A stretch of DNA of 64,000 nt from an uncultured Haemophilus sp. (lineage in GTDB: Bacteria; Pseudomonadota; Gammaproteobacteria; Enterobacterales; Pasteurellaceae). The DNA is taken from assembly GCF_902461185.1 (NCBI RefSeq), contig NZ_CABPXD010000013.1, one strand, 5' to 3'. The notes below the pieces were generated by a model. The model was not told the DNA's origin. It worked only from the letters and a program-made list of their open reading frames with translations, and made no database searches. The translations under genes were made by a program, and so were the position numbers. Numbering within the stretch: position 1 is the stretch's first letter; the number at the start of each line of letters is the position of its first letter. Positions 1-8,956 of this stretch are shown piece after piece.

Positions 1-586
1 ATAATAGATAAGGCAAAATTGCGATAATTAAGCCAAAACTCCAATATGCCATATCCATTTGTCCATCACGGAACATCAAGATACCAATGGCAGCAAATGA
101 AACAATAGACAACCCACCTAACAATCCATCAATACCATCAATCATATTAAAGGCATTAATAATCGCGATTGTGGCAAATACGGTAATAATCAATCCGATA
201 AAACCAAGTGTTAATTGGAATGGACCTAGAATTTGGCCTAAATGATCTAAATAAACATTACCCAAATCGATCATTAAAATCGCAAGCACCGCTTGAATCC
301 CTGCACGCAAGAAGGGACTAATATCAAAGCGGTCATCTAAGATACCAATTGCCAGTAGAACAAAAATACTGAATATATAAAGGTAAGGTAAACGAAGTTG
401 ATCCCACTCCATTAAATAATAGCAAAGGTTTCCCATGAAAAGAGAAACTCCGCCAATAAGTGGAATTGCACCTTGGTGACGTTTACGATAATTCGGCTTA
501 TCCACCAAGCCAATTTTATTGGCAATTGGTCGCATGACAATTAAGGTTAAAAATGCCCCTAAAAAAGTGACGAGAAGACTTAGCAT
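1..586 (-). CDS. wecA: UDP-GlcNAc:undecaprenyl-phosphate GlcNAc-1-phosphate transferase (WecA/Rfe), N-terminal ~195 codons; the 3' end lies outside the window
   Basis: Absent from the ORF track because it has no stop in the window. The reverse complement starts with ATG at 586..584 with AGGA about 8 nt upstream. It reads MLSLLVTFLGAFLTLIVMRPIANKIGLVDKPNYRKRHQGAIPLIGG...AINAFNMIDGIDGLLGG, which are WecA/MraY-family motifs. Confidence 0.8.
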   Translation of the reverse strand, partial: MLSLLVTFLGAFLTLIVMRPIANKIGLVDKPNYRKRHQGAIPLIGGVSLFMGNLCYYLMEWDQLRLPYLYIFSIFVLLAIGILDDRFDISPFLRAGIQAVLAILMIDLGNVYLDHLGQILGPFQLTLGFIGLIITVFATIAIINAFNMIDGIDGLLGGLSIVSFAAIGILMFRDGQMDMAYWSFGLIIAILPYLL

Positions 587-705
587 AGTTTCATCCTAAA
601 ATTTTTTTGCAAAGGATAACACAAAGAAAAATCAGCACACAAAGATTTTTCTCAAATTCAGTTTTTTAGTACAATATGGCCACTTTTAATATAAGGATTA
701 AAATC

Positions 706-1989
706 ATGACAAAATCAACCGCACTTTTCTCTCGTGCACAAGAAGTTATTCCTGGTGGCGTAAACTCCCCTGTTCGAGCCTTTAAAGGCGTAGGTGGCAC
801 CCCTGTATTTATTCAAAAAGCCAAAGGCGCCTACATTTATGATACTGAAGGCAAACAATATATCGATTATGTGGGTTCTTGGGGGCCAATGATTTTAGGT
901 CACAACCACACTGCTATTTTAGATGCTGTATTAAAAGCAGCGGAGAATGGTTTAAGCTTTGGCGCGCCAACTCCCTCTGAAATTGATTTAGCGGAATTAG
1001 TCTGTGAAATTGTGCCATCTATTGAAATGGTTCGTATGGTGAGTTCAGGTACTGAAGCAACCATGACAGCCATTCGTCTTGCGCGTGGTTATACAAATAG
1101 AAGCAAAATTTTAAAATTTGAAGGTTGTTACCACGGTCATTCTGATTCACTTTTAGTAAAAGCAGGATCTGGTGCGTTAACACTTGGTCAACCAAGCTCA
1201 CCAGGTGTACCTGAAGATTTTGCGAAACACACTTTAACTGCAGAATATAACAATCTTGATTCAGTTAAAAAACTATTTGAAGAATTCCCTAACGATATCG
1301 CTTGTGTGATTATTGAACCAGTTGCAGGTAATATGAACTGTGTTCCACCAAAAGAAGGATTCTTACAAGGCATTCGTGAAATTTGTAATCAATATGGTGC
1401 ACTTTTCATTATTGATGAAGTCATGACAGGTTTCCGTGTTTCACTTGCAGGCGCACAAGCTTATTATGGTGTAACACCGGATCTCACCACATTAGGTAAA
1501 GTCATTGGCGGCGGTATGCCTGTGGGTGCTGTTGGTGGTAAAAAAGTGATTATGCAACACCTTGCACCGACCGGCCCAGTTTATCAAGCGGGTACCCTTT
1601 CAGGCAACCCGATTGCAATGGCGGCGGGTTTAGCATGTCTAACTGAATTGAAAAAAGCAGGTAACGAACAACACCTTGCAGAATTAACCACAAAACTTTG
1701 TAACGGCTTAAAAGCATTAGCTCAAAAACACAATGTACCATTTTTGATTAATCATGTTGGTGGAATGTTTGGTATTTTCTTCACTGACCAAAAACAAGTT
1801 ACCTCTTATGCAGAAGTCATGAAATGTGATACCGAAAAATTCAAAGTGTTCTTCCACAAAATGCTCGATCAAGGCGTTTACCTTGCGCCTTCTGCTTTTG
1901 AAGCTGGCTTTATGTCTTTAGCTCATACAAATGAAGACATTGAAAAAACGCTTGCTGCCGCTGATATTGCATTTGCAGCAGTTGCTTAA
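706..1989 (+). CDS. hemL: glutamate-1-semialdehyde 2,1-aminomutase
   Basis: ORF 676..1989. The sequence is typical HemL along its length ([19 protein letters not shown], class-III aminotransferase fold). I prefer ATG 706 because AAGGA lies 8 nt upstream. Confidence 0.9.
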   Translation: MTKSTALFSRAQEVIPGGVNSPVRAFKGVGGTPVFIQKAKGAYIYDTEGKQYIDYVGSWGPMILGHNHTAILDAVLKAAENGLSFGAPTPSEIDLAELVCEIVPSIEMVRMVSSGTEATMTAIRLARGYTNRSKILKFEGCYHGHSDSLLVKAGSGALTLGQPSSPGVPEDFAKHTLTAEYNNLDSVKKLFEEFPNDIACVIIEPVAGNMNCVPPKEGFLQGIREICNQYGALFIIDEVMTGFRVSLAGAQAYYGVTPDLTTLGKVIGGGMPVGAVGGKKVIMQHLAPTGPVYQAGTLSGNPIAMAAGLACLTELKKAGNEQHLAELTTKLCNGLKALAQKHNVPFLINHVGGMFGIFFTDQKQVTSYAEVMKCDTEKFKVFFHKMLDQGVYLAPSAFEAGFMSLAHTNEDIEKTLAAADIAFAAVA

Positions 1990-1994
1990 AATAT

Positions 1995-2026
1995 AAAAGT
2001 GCGGTTACATTTAACCGCACTTTTTT
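1995..2026. terminator. bidirectional stem-loop made of an inverted USS pair between convergent hemL and glnD
   Basis: aaaagtgcggtta (1995-2007) pairs with taaccgcactttt (2012-2024) around a 4-nt loop. A T-run follows on the plus strand and an A-run precedes it. Confidence 0.75.
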
Positions 2027-2034
2027 ATTTCATA

Positions 2035-4620
2035 CTATAAACGCCCATAGAGCACGTTTTCTAATAATCCCCTTTCCTCTTCGGTTAATGCAATTCCTTT
2101 TTCATTTGTCAGAATGAAGAAGTCTTCGGCTTTTTCTCCTACTGTTGTGATTTTTGCATTACAAATATTGAGTTTTAATTCAGTAAAAATTTGACTGATT
2201 TGAGCCAATAAACCGGGTTTATCTAAAGCCACCACTTCTAATTCGGTATGTTCTTTTTTAGTTTCTTTCAAAAAACGTACATCTGTTTTTACGGTGAAAT
2301 GTTGCAACTGTCGATTATTTGCAAAAGACATGGATGGCAATTTTTCGCCTAATAAAACAGAGGTTAATACCGTCTCTAATTCTCGGCGACGTTCTGAACG
2401 AACCAATTCACCATTTAATTCTGTGATGATAAAGCTGTCGAATACGTAGCCATCATCGGATGTTAAAATTTGCGCATCATGAATACTGAATTTTTTCGCG
2501 CCAATGGTTGAGACCACTTTATTAAATAAGTTGGCTTGGTCTGGGCAATAAACGAAGATCTCAGTCCCACCACTAGAAAAACGATTACTGATTTTAACGA
2601 GAACTTCACCATCAAATTCAGCCAATAACTCTGTATGCCACGCAATTTGTTTTGGGCTATTTCGTAAAAAATAATCATCTGGACAACGTTGCCAGAGTGC
2701 TAAAATTTTTTCTTCCGATAATTCTGGTTGCTCTTCGGATAAAATTGCCAGCGCCAATTGGCGATTTTCAAGGATCTTTTCGTTATTATCTAATAATAAA
2801 TTCATCCCTTGTCGGAATTGTTGCGACGTATAATCATAGAGTGAGGCAAATAAAGAACGTTTCCAGCTATTCCACAAGGTACCATTTGTTGCACAAATAT
2901 CCGCGACCGTCAAACAAGTGAGATAATCTAAACGCACATGATTTTGCACATTTTCTGCAAAGTTCATCACGACTTCCGGATCATGAATATCTCGACGCTG
3001 TGCAGTAATTGACATGAGCAAATGCTCTCTCACTAGCCAAGCCATCGTTTCAATTTCTCGACGATCAAAACCATGCAAACGGGCAAATTCAGCAACATCT
3101 TCAGCCCCTACCTCTGCATGATCCCCTCCTCGACCTTTCGCAATATCATGGAAAAGTGCGGTAACATAAAGCAAAGTGCGGTCAGAAATTTGGCTAAATA
3201 TTTGATGGCAAATAGGATGGAATTCGGCTTCATCTTCAGCTAAGAAACTTTCCAATTTCAACATCACTCGTAAGGTGTGCTCATCCACAGTGTAAATATG
3301 GAAGAGATCAAATTGCATCAAACCTTCAATTCCCTGCCATTGTGGCAAATAAGCTGTTAACACACCATATTGGTGCATTGGGAGAAATGCTCGCTGAATG
3401 GCTTTCGGTTGATTAAATAACCGAATAAATTTCTCTCTTGCTTCAGGAATATCACATAATTTCTGCGTCAAGCTTTCCAATGCAATCTGAAGTTGGCGTA
3501 ATGTTGAGGAATGAATTTCGGCTTGTTCATGCTGCGTAAGATAGAAAAAAAGATCCAAAATACGATCTGGCAAACGTAAAAACACGTCTTCCTTACGTAA
3601 ACACAAACTTTGATTCACTATTTCAAAATCGTCATCCAAATGGTGAACTGATCCCTCTCCGTTTGAAGATAAAAAATGCTCTTTATAATGCTTAATTAGA
3701 ATATCGCTTAAACGTGAAATCGTGCATAGAGCTTGGAAAAAACGTTTCATCATTTTTTCAACACCACGGTTTCCTTCACCTTCAAAACCAAGCATCTCAC
3801 TCACTTTGATTTGACGATCAAACAACAAACGGTTGTCATAACGTTTTAAAATCAAGTGTAAAGCAAACCGCACTTTAAATAAAAATTCTTGGCTTTCTAA
3901 TAATTGTTGGTGTTCTGATGGATAAATAAAGCCACTTTTCAAAATGCCATCAAGGGTCATTTCCCCAGTGTGTCGTAATGCGATCCAATATAAAAGATGA
4001 AGATCCCGCAAGCCACCGGGGCTGTATTTTAAATCGGGCTCTAAATTGTAACTGGTGTTGTGATAACGCTGATAACGTTCAATTTGTTCTTGTACTTTAG
4101 CATCAAAGAATAGTTTTACCGCCCAAAAATCTGGCTTTTTCAATATTTCATCTAAGGCATTGAAAAGGGATACATCTCCTGATAAATAACGAGACTCAAG
4201 CAAATTGGTGGCAATAGTAATGTCTTGTTTACCTTCCTTTTCACATTCTTCTAAAGAGCGAACACTATGCCCTATATCAAATCCACAATCCCATAGAAAC
4301 TGAACGAGTTGACCAATTTTCTCTTCTGTTTCAGACTCTCTTTCTTCTTTTGAGAGAATAAGAACATCTAGGTCAGATAAAGGAAAGATTTCTTGTCGGC
4401 CATAACCGCCTACTGCAATTAAGGTGAGATTAGCTTTATCTAATCCAAATTGCTGCCAAAGCTGTTTTAACAAATCATCACAAAACTGTGTTCGGTTAGC
4501 AATCAGCTCAAAAACAGAATAATCATCGAAATGCTGACGTTCAAATTCCTTTAAATTTTCACGCTGAATTTTGACCGCACTTAGCGTGAGTGGAGAGTCG
4601 AAATGATAAGGAAAAAGCAT
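2035..4620 (-). CDS. glnD: bifunctional [protein-PII] uridylyltransferase/uridylyl-removing enzyme
   Basis: ORF 2035..4659. The layout is nucleotidyltransferase ([19 protein letters not shown]), HD domain ([13 protein letters not shown]) and two C-terminal ACT-like repeats. I prefer ATG 4620 because the GTG at 4659 lies inside the map terminator hairpin. Confidence 0.9.
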   Translation of the reverse strand: MLFPYHFDSPLTLSAVKIQRENLKEFERQHFDDYSVFELIANRTQFCDDLLKQLWQQFGLDKANLTLIAVGGYGRQEIFPLSDLDVLILSKEERESETEEKIGQLVQFLWDCGFDIGHSVRSLEECEKEGKQDITIATNLLESRYLSGDVSLFNALDEILKKPDFWAVKLFFDAKVQEQIERYQRYHNTSYNLEPDLKYSPGGLRDLHLLYWIALRHTGEMTLDGILKSGFIYPSEHQQLLESQEFLFKVRFALHLILKRYDNRLLFDRQIKVSEMLGFEGEGNRGVEKMMKRFFQALCTISRLSDILIKHYKEHFLSSNGEGSVHHLDDDFEIVNQSLCLRKEDVFLRLPDRILDLFFYLTQHEQAEIHSSTLRQLQIALESLTQKLCDIPEAREKFIRLFNQPKAIQRAFLPMHQYGVLTAYLPQWQGIEGLMQFDLFHIYTVDEHTLRVMLKLESFLAEDEAEFHPICHQIFSQISDRTLLYVTALFHDIAKGRGGDHAEVGAEDVAEFARLHGFDRREIETMAWLVREHLLMSITAQRRDIHDPEVVMNFAENVQNHVRLDYLTCLTVADICATNGTLWNSWKRSLFASLYDYTSQQFRQGMNLLLDNNEKILENRQLALAILSEEQPELSEEKILALWQRCPDDYFLRNSPKQIAWHTELLAEFDGEVLVKISNRFSSGGTEIFVYCPDQANLFNKVVSTIGAKKFSIHDAQILTSDDGYVFDSFIITELNGELVRSERRRELETVLTSVLLGEKLPSMSFANNRQLQHFTVKTDVRFLKETKKEHTELEVVALDKPGLLAQISQIFTELKLNICNAKITTVGEKAEDFFILTNEKGIALTEEERGLLENVLYGRL

Positions 4621-4643
4621 AGGTATTCCACAAACAAAACAAT

Positions 4644-4673
4644 TATAAAAAAAGCCCACTATCGTAGGCTTTT
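4644..4673 (-). terminator. rho-independent terminator downstream of map
   Basis: On the minus strand: AAAGCC, a 10-nt loop, GGCTTT, then a TTTTTAT tail. The stem is 4650-4656 paired with 4667-4673. Confidence 0.6.
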
Positions 4674-4681
4674 AGCTGAAC

Positions 4682-5485
4682 TTAAAGATTATTCATCATA
4701 CGTTGAATTCGACCTTCCGTAATTTCTTCATCACGGATAGTCATCACTTCACAACCGTTTTCGGTAACCACAATTTGATGCTCATATTGCGCTGAATGGC
4801 TACGGTCTTTGGTTTTTACCGTCCAACCATCACCCATAATACGCACTTCTTTCTTACCCGCATTAATCATTGGTTCAATAGTAAATACCATACCTGGTTT
4901 TAAAATCACACCACCGTCATCAGCATAATAGTGTAAGACTTGCGGTTCACAGTGGAATTCAGTTCCCACGCCGTGGCCACAATACTCACGAACCACGCTA
5001 AATCCTTGGCTTTCAGTATATTTTTGTACTGCTTTACCAATTTCGTTTAAACGAATACCCGGCTTAACCGTACGTAATCCCACATAAAGTGCTTCTTGTG
5101 CCGCTTCCACCAATTTTTGGCTACGAATATTGGTTTCTCCCACGACATACATCTTCGAATTATCACCAAAATAACCGTCTTTAATCACGGTCACATCAAT
5201 ATTAACAATGTCACCACGTTTTAATTTTTTATCGTCGCTTGGAATACCATGGCAAACCACTTCATTTATAGAAATACAGGTTGCTTTAGGAAAACCATGA
5301 TAATTTAAGCACGCAGGAATCACTTTTTGTACATTCACCATGTAATCATGACAAATGCGATCCAATTCACCAGTGGTCACCCCTTCTTTGACATAAGGTT
5401 CGATCATGACCAAAACATCGGACGCTAATTTACACGCTTCACGTAACTTAACAATTTCTTCTTCAGTTCTTAATGGAATGCCCAT
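4682..5485 (-). CDS. map: type I methionine aminopeptidase
   Basis: 267-aa ORF with the MetAP pita-bread fold pattern (VCHGIP, DIVNIDV, GHGVG, TIEPM, YEHQIVVT). Confidence 0.93.
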   Translation of the reverse strand: MGIPLRTEEEIVKLREACKLASDVLVMIEPYVKEGVTTGELDRICHDYMVNVQKVIPACLNYHGFPKATCISINEVVCHGIPSDDKKLKRGDIVNIDVTVIKDGYFGDNSKMYVVGETNIRSQKLVEAAQEALYVGLRTVKPGIRLNEIGKAVQKYTESQGFSVVREYCGHGVGTEFHCEPQVLHYYADDGGVILKPGMVFTIEPMINAGKKEVRIMGDGWTVKTKDRSHSAQYEHQIVVTENGCEVMTIRDEEITEGRIQRMMNNL

Positions 5486-5610
5486 TATTTCTCCTTATTT
5501 AATTCTGATTTATTCGCATATAATAGCACTAATTCCGTGAAAAATCTTGAATGAATTAACAGGTTATTAGATAATACAAGGATTATTTTTAGGAAAGTGG
5601 GGATAGAGAT

Positions 5611-5958
5611 ATGTCAGATTTAGATATGGCCGTACCGCTAACTTTTACTGATGCGGCAGCCAATAAAGTAAAAAGTTTAATTAGCGAAGAAGAAAACAAC
5701 GAACTAAAATTACGCGTTTATATTACTGGTGGCGGTTGCAGTGGTTTCCAATACGGTTTCACCTTTGACGATAAAGTCAATGAAGGTGACCTAACCATTG
5801 AAAAAGCCGGTGTGCAATTAGTGATTGACCCAATGAGTTTACAATACTTAATTGGCGGCACCGTGGATTACACTGAAGGCTTGGAAGGTTCTCGTTTTGT
5901 GGTGAACAATCCAAATGCAACCAGTACCTGTGGTTGTGGTTCCTCATTCAGCATCTAA
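5611..5958 (+). CDS. erpA: iron-sulfur cluster insertion protein ErpA (A-type carrier)
   Basis: 115 aa and near-collinear with E. coli ErpA. It has the [11 protein letters not shown] motif and the C-terminal CGCGSSF cysteines. Confidence 0.92.
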   Translation: MSDLDMAVPLTFTDAAANKVKSLISEEENNELKLRVYITGGGCSGFQYGFTFDDKVNEGDLTIEKAGVQLVIDPMSLQYLIGGTVDYTEGLEGSRFVVNNPNATSTCGCGSSFSI

Positions 5959-5959
5959 T

Positions 5960-6313
5960 ATGGATTTTCAATTTACCCATTATCTAGGCAATGTACATGC
6001 TAAATGTTCGATGGAACACATTGCTCTAGCCAATTGGTTTAATTCAGAAGTGCGGTCAAATCCTCAAGCGTTTTTGACCGCACTTTCTGCCTGTGAGCAG
6101 ATTAAAAATAATGATGAAGTCACACTGATTGGTTCTGAATACACGCTTTTTATTAATACCGATGAAGTGATGATTCGAGCCAATAACCTTGCAATTGAAA
6201 CAGATGAAATTTTAGAAGACGACTTCCATTATTATGATGAAGAAAGTATCGCCTTCTGCGGAACAACAGACTTCATCCACTTTCTTAATGCCTACTTTGA
6301 ATTTATTGCTTAA
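5960..6313 (+). CDS. yacL: UPF0231/YacL-family protein
   Basis: ORF 5915..6313 overlaps the erpA stop. ATG 5960 gives MDFQFTHYLGNV...HYYDEESIAFCGTTDF, which resembles E. coli YacL (MDYEF..., YYDEESLSLCG). Confidence 0.7.
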   Translation: MDFQFTHYLGNVHAKCSMEHIALANWFNSEVRSNPQAFLTALSACEQIKNNDEVTLIGSEYTLFINTDEVMIRANNLAIETDEILEDDFHYYDEESIAFCGTTDFIHFLNAYFEFIA

Positions 6314-6337
6314 CCTCATTCTCTGAAGCTAACTATT

Positions 6338-8737
6338 ATGTCGGAAACGGAAAACACCTCACCTGAACAACAAGAAACACAAGCGCCAGATAAGCGTCGT
6401 TATTGTAAAATCTTTTTAGCTAAAGCAGCCTTTACTTTAGGGACGCTTGCCGTATTTTATGGTGGCTATTTAGACTGGCAAATTCGCTCAAAAATGGATG
6501 GCCAGATTTGGCGTTTACCGGCTGAAGTGTATAGTCGCTTAGAAAGCGTAAAACTGTCTGATAACCTTTCTTTTGACGAAGTGATTCAAATCTTATTGGA
6601 TAACGAATACCGTCAAACTACTATGATTGCAGCACCGGGCGATTTTAAACTCGAAGACGATACTATCGTGTTACTTCGTCGCGCATTCCCTTATCCTGAC
6701 AAGCCTGAGCCACAACGTGTATTACGTTTACGTTTTACAGATAATAAACTTTCTCGTATTGAAGACTTAGTCAACGTCAAAGCGGTTGATGAATTCCGTC
6801 TTGCGCCTAAATTAATTGCCATGTTGGAATCAGATAATGAAGATCGTTTAGCCATTCCGTTACAGCAATACCCTCGTTTACTCATCGATGCCTTATTACT
6901 CACAGAGGATCGCCGTTTTTATGAGCATAACGGGATTAATCCAGTGGGGATTGTGCGGGCAATGATTGCCAATATTAAAGCCGGTCAAACGGTTCAAGGC
7001 GGCAGTACACTGACTCAGCAATTAGTGAAAAACTTGTTCTTATCCAGTGAACGTTCTATTACGCGTAAAGTTAATGAAGCGTTGATGTCATTAGTATTAG
7101 ATTGGCGATATGATAAAAACCGTATTTTAGAAACCTATCTTAACGAAATTTACCTTGGTCAAAATGGCGATATCCAAATTCACGGTTTCGCATTGGCAAG
7201 CCAATTCTATTTTGGTCGTTCTATCCGTGAAATTAGTCTGGACCAAATCGCCCTTTTAGTCGGCATGGTAAAAGGTCCCTCCCTTTATAATCCATGGCGA
7301 AATCCACAATATGCCCTCGATCGCCGAAATGTGGTGTTAAAACTAATGCTTGATCACCAAATGATTGGGGATGAGTTATATGAGATGTTGAGTAAACGTC
7401 CATTAGGCGTGCAAGCTAAAGGACAAATTTCACGTAAATACCCAGCTTTCATTCAAACATTACAAGCGGATCTTCGTCGTCAATTAGGGGAAAATAAAAC
7501 CTCTGCACTACTTGGTGCACGTATTTTCTCCACCATGGATTTAAAACAACAGGAACAAGCTGAAAATGCCGTAGTGAATACGGTCAACCAATTACAAGTA
7601 CAAACTAAAAATCCCTATTTAGAAGGTGCAATGATTGTCGCGGATTATCACTTGGGTGAAATACGTGCGGTTGTCGGTGGATTACAAACAGAATATGCGG
7701 GCTTTAACCGTGCATTAATGTCAAAACGTCAAATTGGTTCTTTGGTAAAACCATCCATTTATTTGACCGCACTGATGAATCCGGAACAATTCCGTTTAAA
7801 TACACCAATTCAAAACCAACCAATCACGATTTATGTTAAAGGTAGCCAACCTTGGCAACCGCGTAACTACGATCGCAAATATAGCGGTTCGGTGATGTTG
7901 ATGGATGCCCTTGCTCGCTCACTGAATATTCCAACGGTAAACATTGGGATGAAAGTTGGTTTAAGTAAAGTGATTGATACGCAAAAAGCCATGGGTTGGG
8001 ACAATGTGACAATTCCAAAAGTCCCAGCAACCTTGCTTGGTTCTTACAGTATTTCACCTTATGATGTGACAAAACTCTATCAAACCATTGCCAATCAAGG
8101 TGGCAAAATTGAGTTAAGTACCATTCAAAGCATTGCTGATCGCCAAGGAAATATTATTTACGAACACAATACCGTGCCTGATCAAGTGGTACCGAGAGAA
8201 GCAGCTTATCAAACCTTATATGCGATGCAACAAACCGTAGAACGTGGTACCGCGCGTAGTTTACAAAATGATTACGCGGATCTTCGTCTTGCAGGTAAAA
8301 CAGGGACAACCAACGATGCCCGTGATACGTGGTTCGTGGGTATTGATGGTAAAAATGTCAGCACCATTTGGCTAGGTCGCGATGATAACGGTGAAACTAA
8401 ATTGACGGGTGCTTCAGGAGCCTTACAAATCTATAAAGATTATTTAAACCGTGTCGTCATTGAAAAATTAAAACTAGGTCAACCTTCTACCATTAAATGG
8501 GTTGGCATCAATGCTTACGGCAGTTGGAGTTGTGGTAGCAGTCGGACGATTCCTGTGTGGATAAATAAAGATCAAAATTTCTGCGCTTCTGCGCAAACAA
8601 CGAGTACTGCGACTGCTACTGCGGCGCAAACCACACAATCACCACAACCCGAACAACCTGAATCAGCAAAACAAGAAAGTGTATGGGATGTGTTAGATAA
8701 TAAAGTGCCTGTTGAAGAAGCTGCACCCGCTCAATAA
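6338..8737 (+). CDS. mrcB: bifunctional penicillin-binding protein 1B (glycosyltransferase/transpeptidase)
   Basis: 799 aa with an N-terminal TM segment and the GT51 motif EDRRFYEHNG. The transpeptidase motifs SLVKP and KTGTT are present. The C-terminal tail is low-complexity and rich in T, A, Q and P. Confidence 0.9.
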   Translation: MSETENTSPEQQETQAPDKRRYCKIFLAKAAFTLGTLAVFYGGYLDWQIRSKMDGQIWRLPAEVYSRLESVKLSDNLSFDEVIQILLDNEYRQTTMIAAPGDFKLEDDTIVLLRRAFPYPDKPEPQRVLRLRFTDNKLSRIEDLVNVKAVDEFRLAPKLIAMLESDNEDRLAIPLQQYPRLLIDALLLTEDRRFYEHNGINPVGIVRAMIANIKAGQTVQGGSTLTQQLVKNLFLSSERSITRKVNEALMSLVLDWRYDKNRILETYLNEIYLGQNGDIQIHGFALASQFYFGRSIREISLDQIALLVGMVKGPSLYNPWRNPQYALDRRNVVLKLMLDHQMIGDELYEMLSKRPLGVQAKGQISRKYPAFIQTLQADLRRQLGENKTSALLGARIFSTMDLKQQEQAENAVVNTVNQLQVQTKNPYLEGAMIVADYHLGEIRAVVGGLQTEYAGFNRALMSKRQIGSLVKPSIYLTALMNPEQFRLNTPIQNQPITIYVKGSQPWQPRNYDRKYSGSVMLMDALARSLNIPTVNIGMKVGLSKVIDTQKAMGWDNVTIPKVPATLLGSYSISPYDVTKLYQTIANQGGKIELSTIQSIADRQGNIIYEHNTVPDQVVPREAAYQTLYAMQQTVERGTARSLQNDYADLRLAGKTGTTNDARDTWFVGIDGKNVSTIWLGRDDNGETKLTGASGALQIYKDYLNRVVIEKLKLGQPSTIKWVGINAYGSWSCGSSRTIPVWINKDQNFCASAQTTSTATATAAQTTQSPQPEQPESAKQESVWDVLDNKVPVEEAAPAQ

Positions 8738-8773
8738 ACTTGCTTATTTTTGACCGCACTTTTATATCTCCAT

Positions 8774-8805
8774 AAAGCGCCTAACAAGGGCGCTTTATTC
8801 TTTTT
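8774..8805 (+). terminator. rho-independent terminator after mrcB
   Basis: aaagcgcc (8774-8781) pairs with ggcgcttt (8889 should read 8789-8796) around a 7-nt loop, followed by attcttttt. Confidence 0.7.
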
Positions 8806-8847
8806 CACATAAAATAACCGCCTAGAGATTTCCAACTCTGGTGAATT

Positions 8848-8866
8848 TTTTTGATCTCAATCACAA
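8848..8866 (+). promoter_or_regulatory. CRP/FNR-family dyad upstream of the FTR1/P19 operon
   Basis: TTTTTGATCTCAATCACAAAA. The core TTGAT-N4-ATCAC matches the FNR consensus TTGAT-N4-ATCAA at 9/10. Read as TTTGA-N6-TCACA it matches the CRP core at 9/10. The centre is about 100 nt upstream of ATG 8957. Confidence 0.5.
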
Positions 8867-8905
8867 AAATTAGAATTATTTATTGTCATTTCACTGATAT
8901 CAAAG

Positions 8906-8945
8906 GATAATTATTAATAGGAATTAATTTCATTTGAGATAATGA
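8906..8945 (+). promoter_or_regulatory. weak Fur-box-like AT-rich region (two GATAAT hexamers)
   Basis: GATAATTATTAATAGGAAT (8906-8924) matches about 11/19 to GATAATGATAATCATTATC. A second GATAATGA lies at 8938-8945 but overlaps the ribosome-binding region. Confidence 0.3.
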
Positions 8946-8956
8946 GGTAAATAGCA

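Noticed and set aside
8938-8956. GATAATGAGGTAAATAGCA as a second Fur box just before ftr1.
   Set aside because: It matches the consensus at only about 10/19, and it overlaps the Shine-Dalgarno (GAGG) and the start codon. The GATAATGA match is probably fortuitous.
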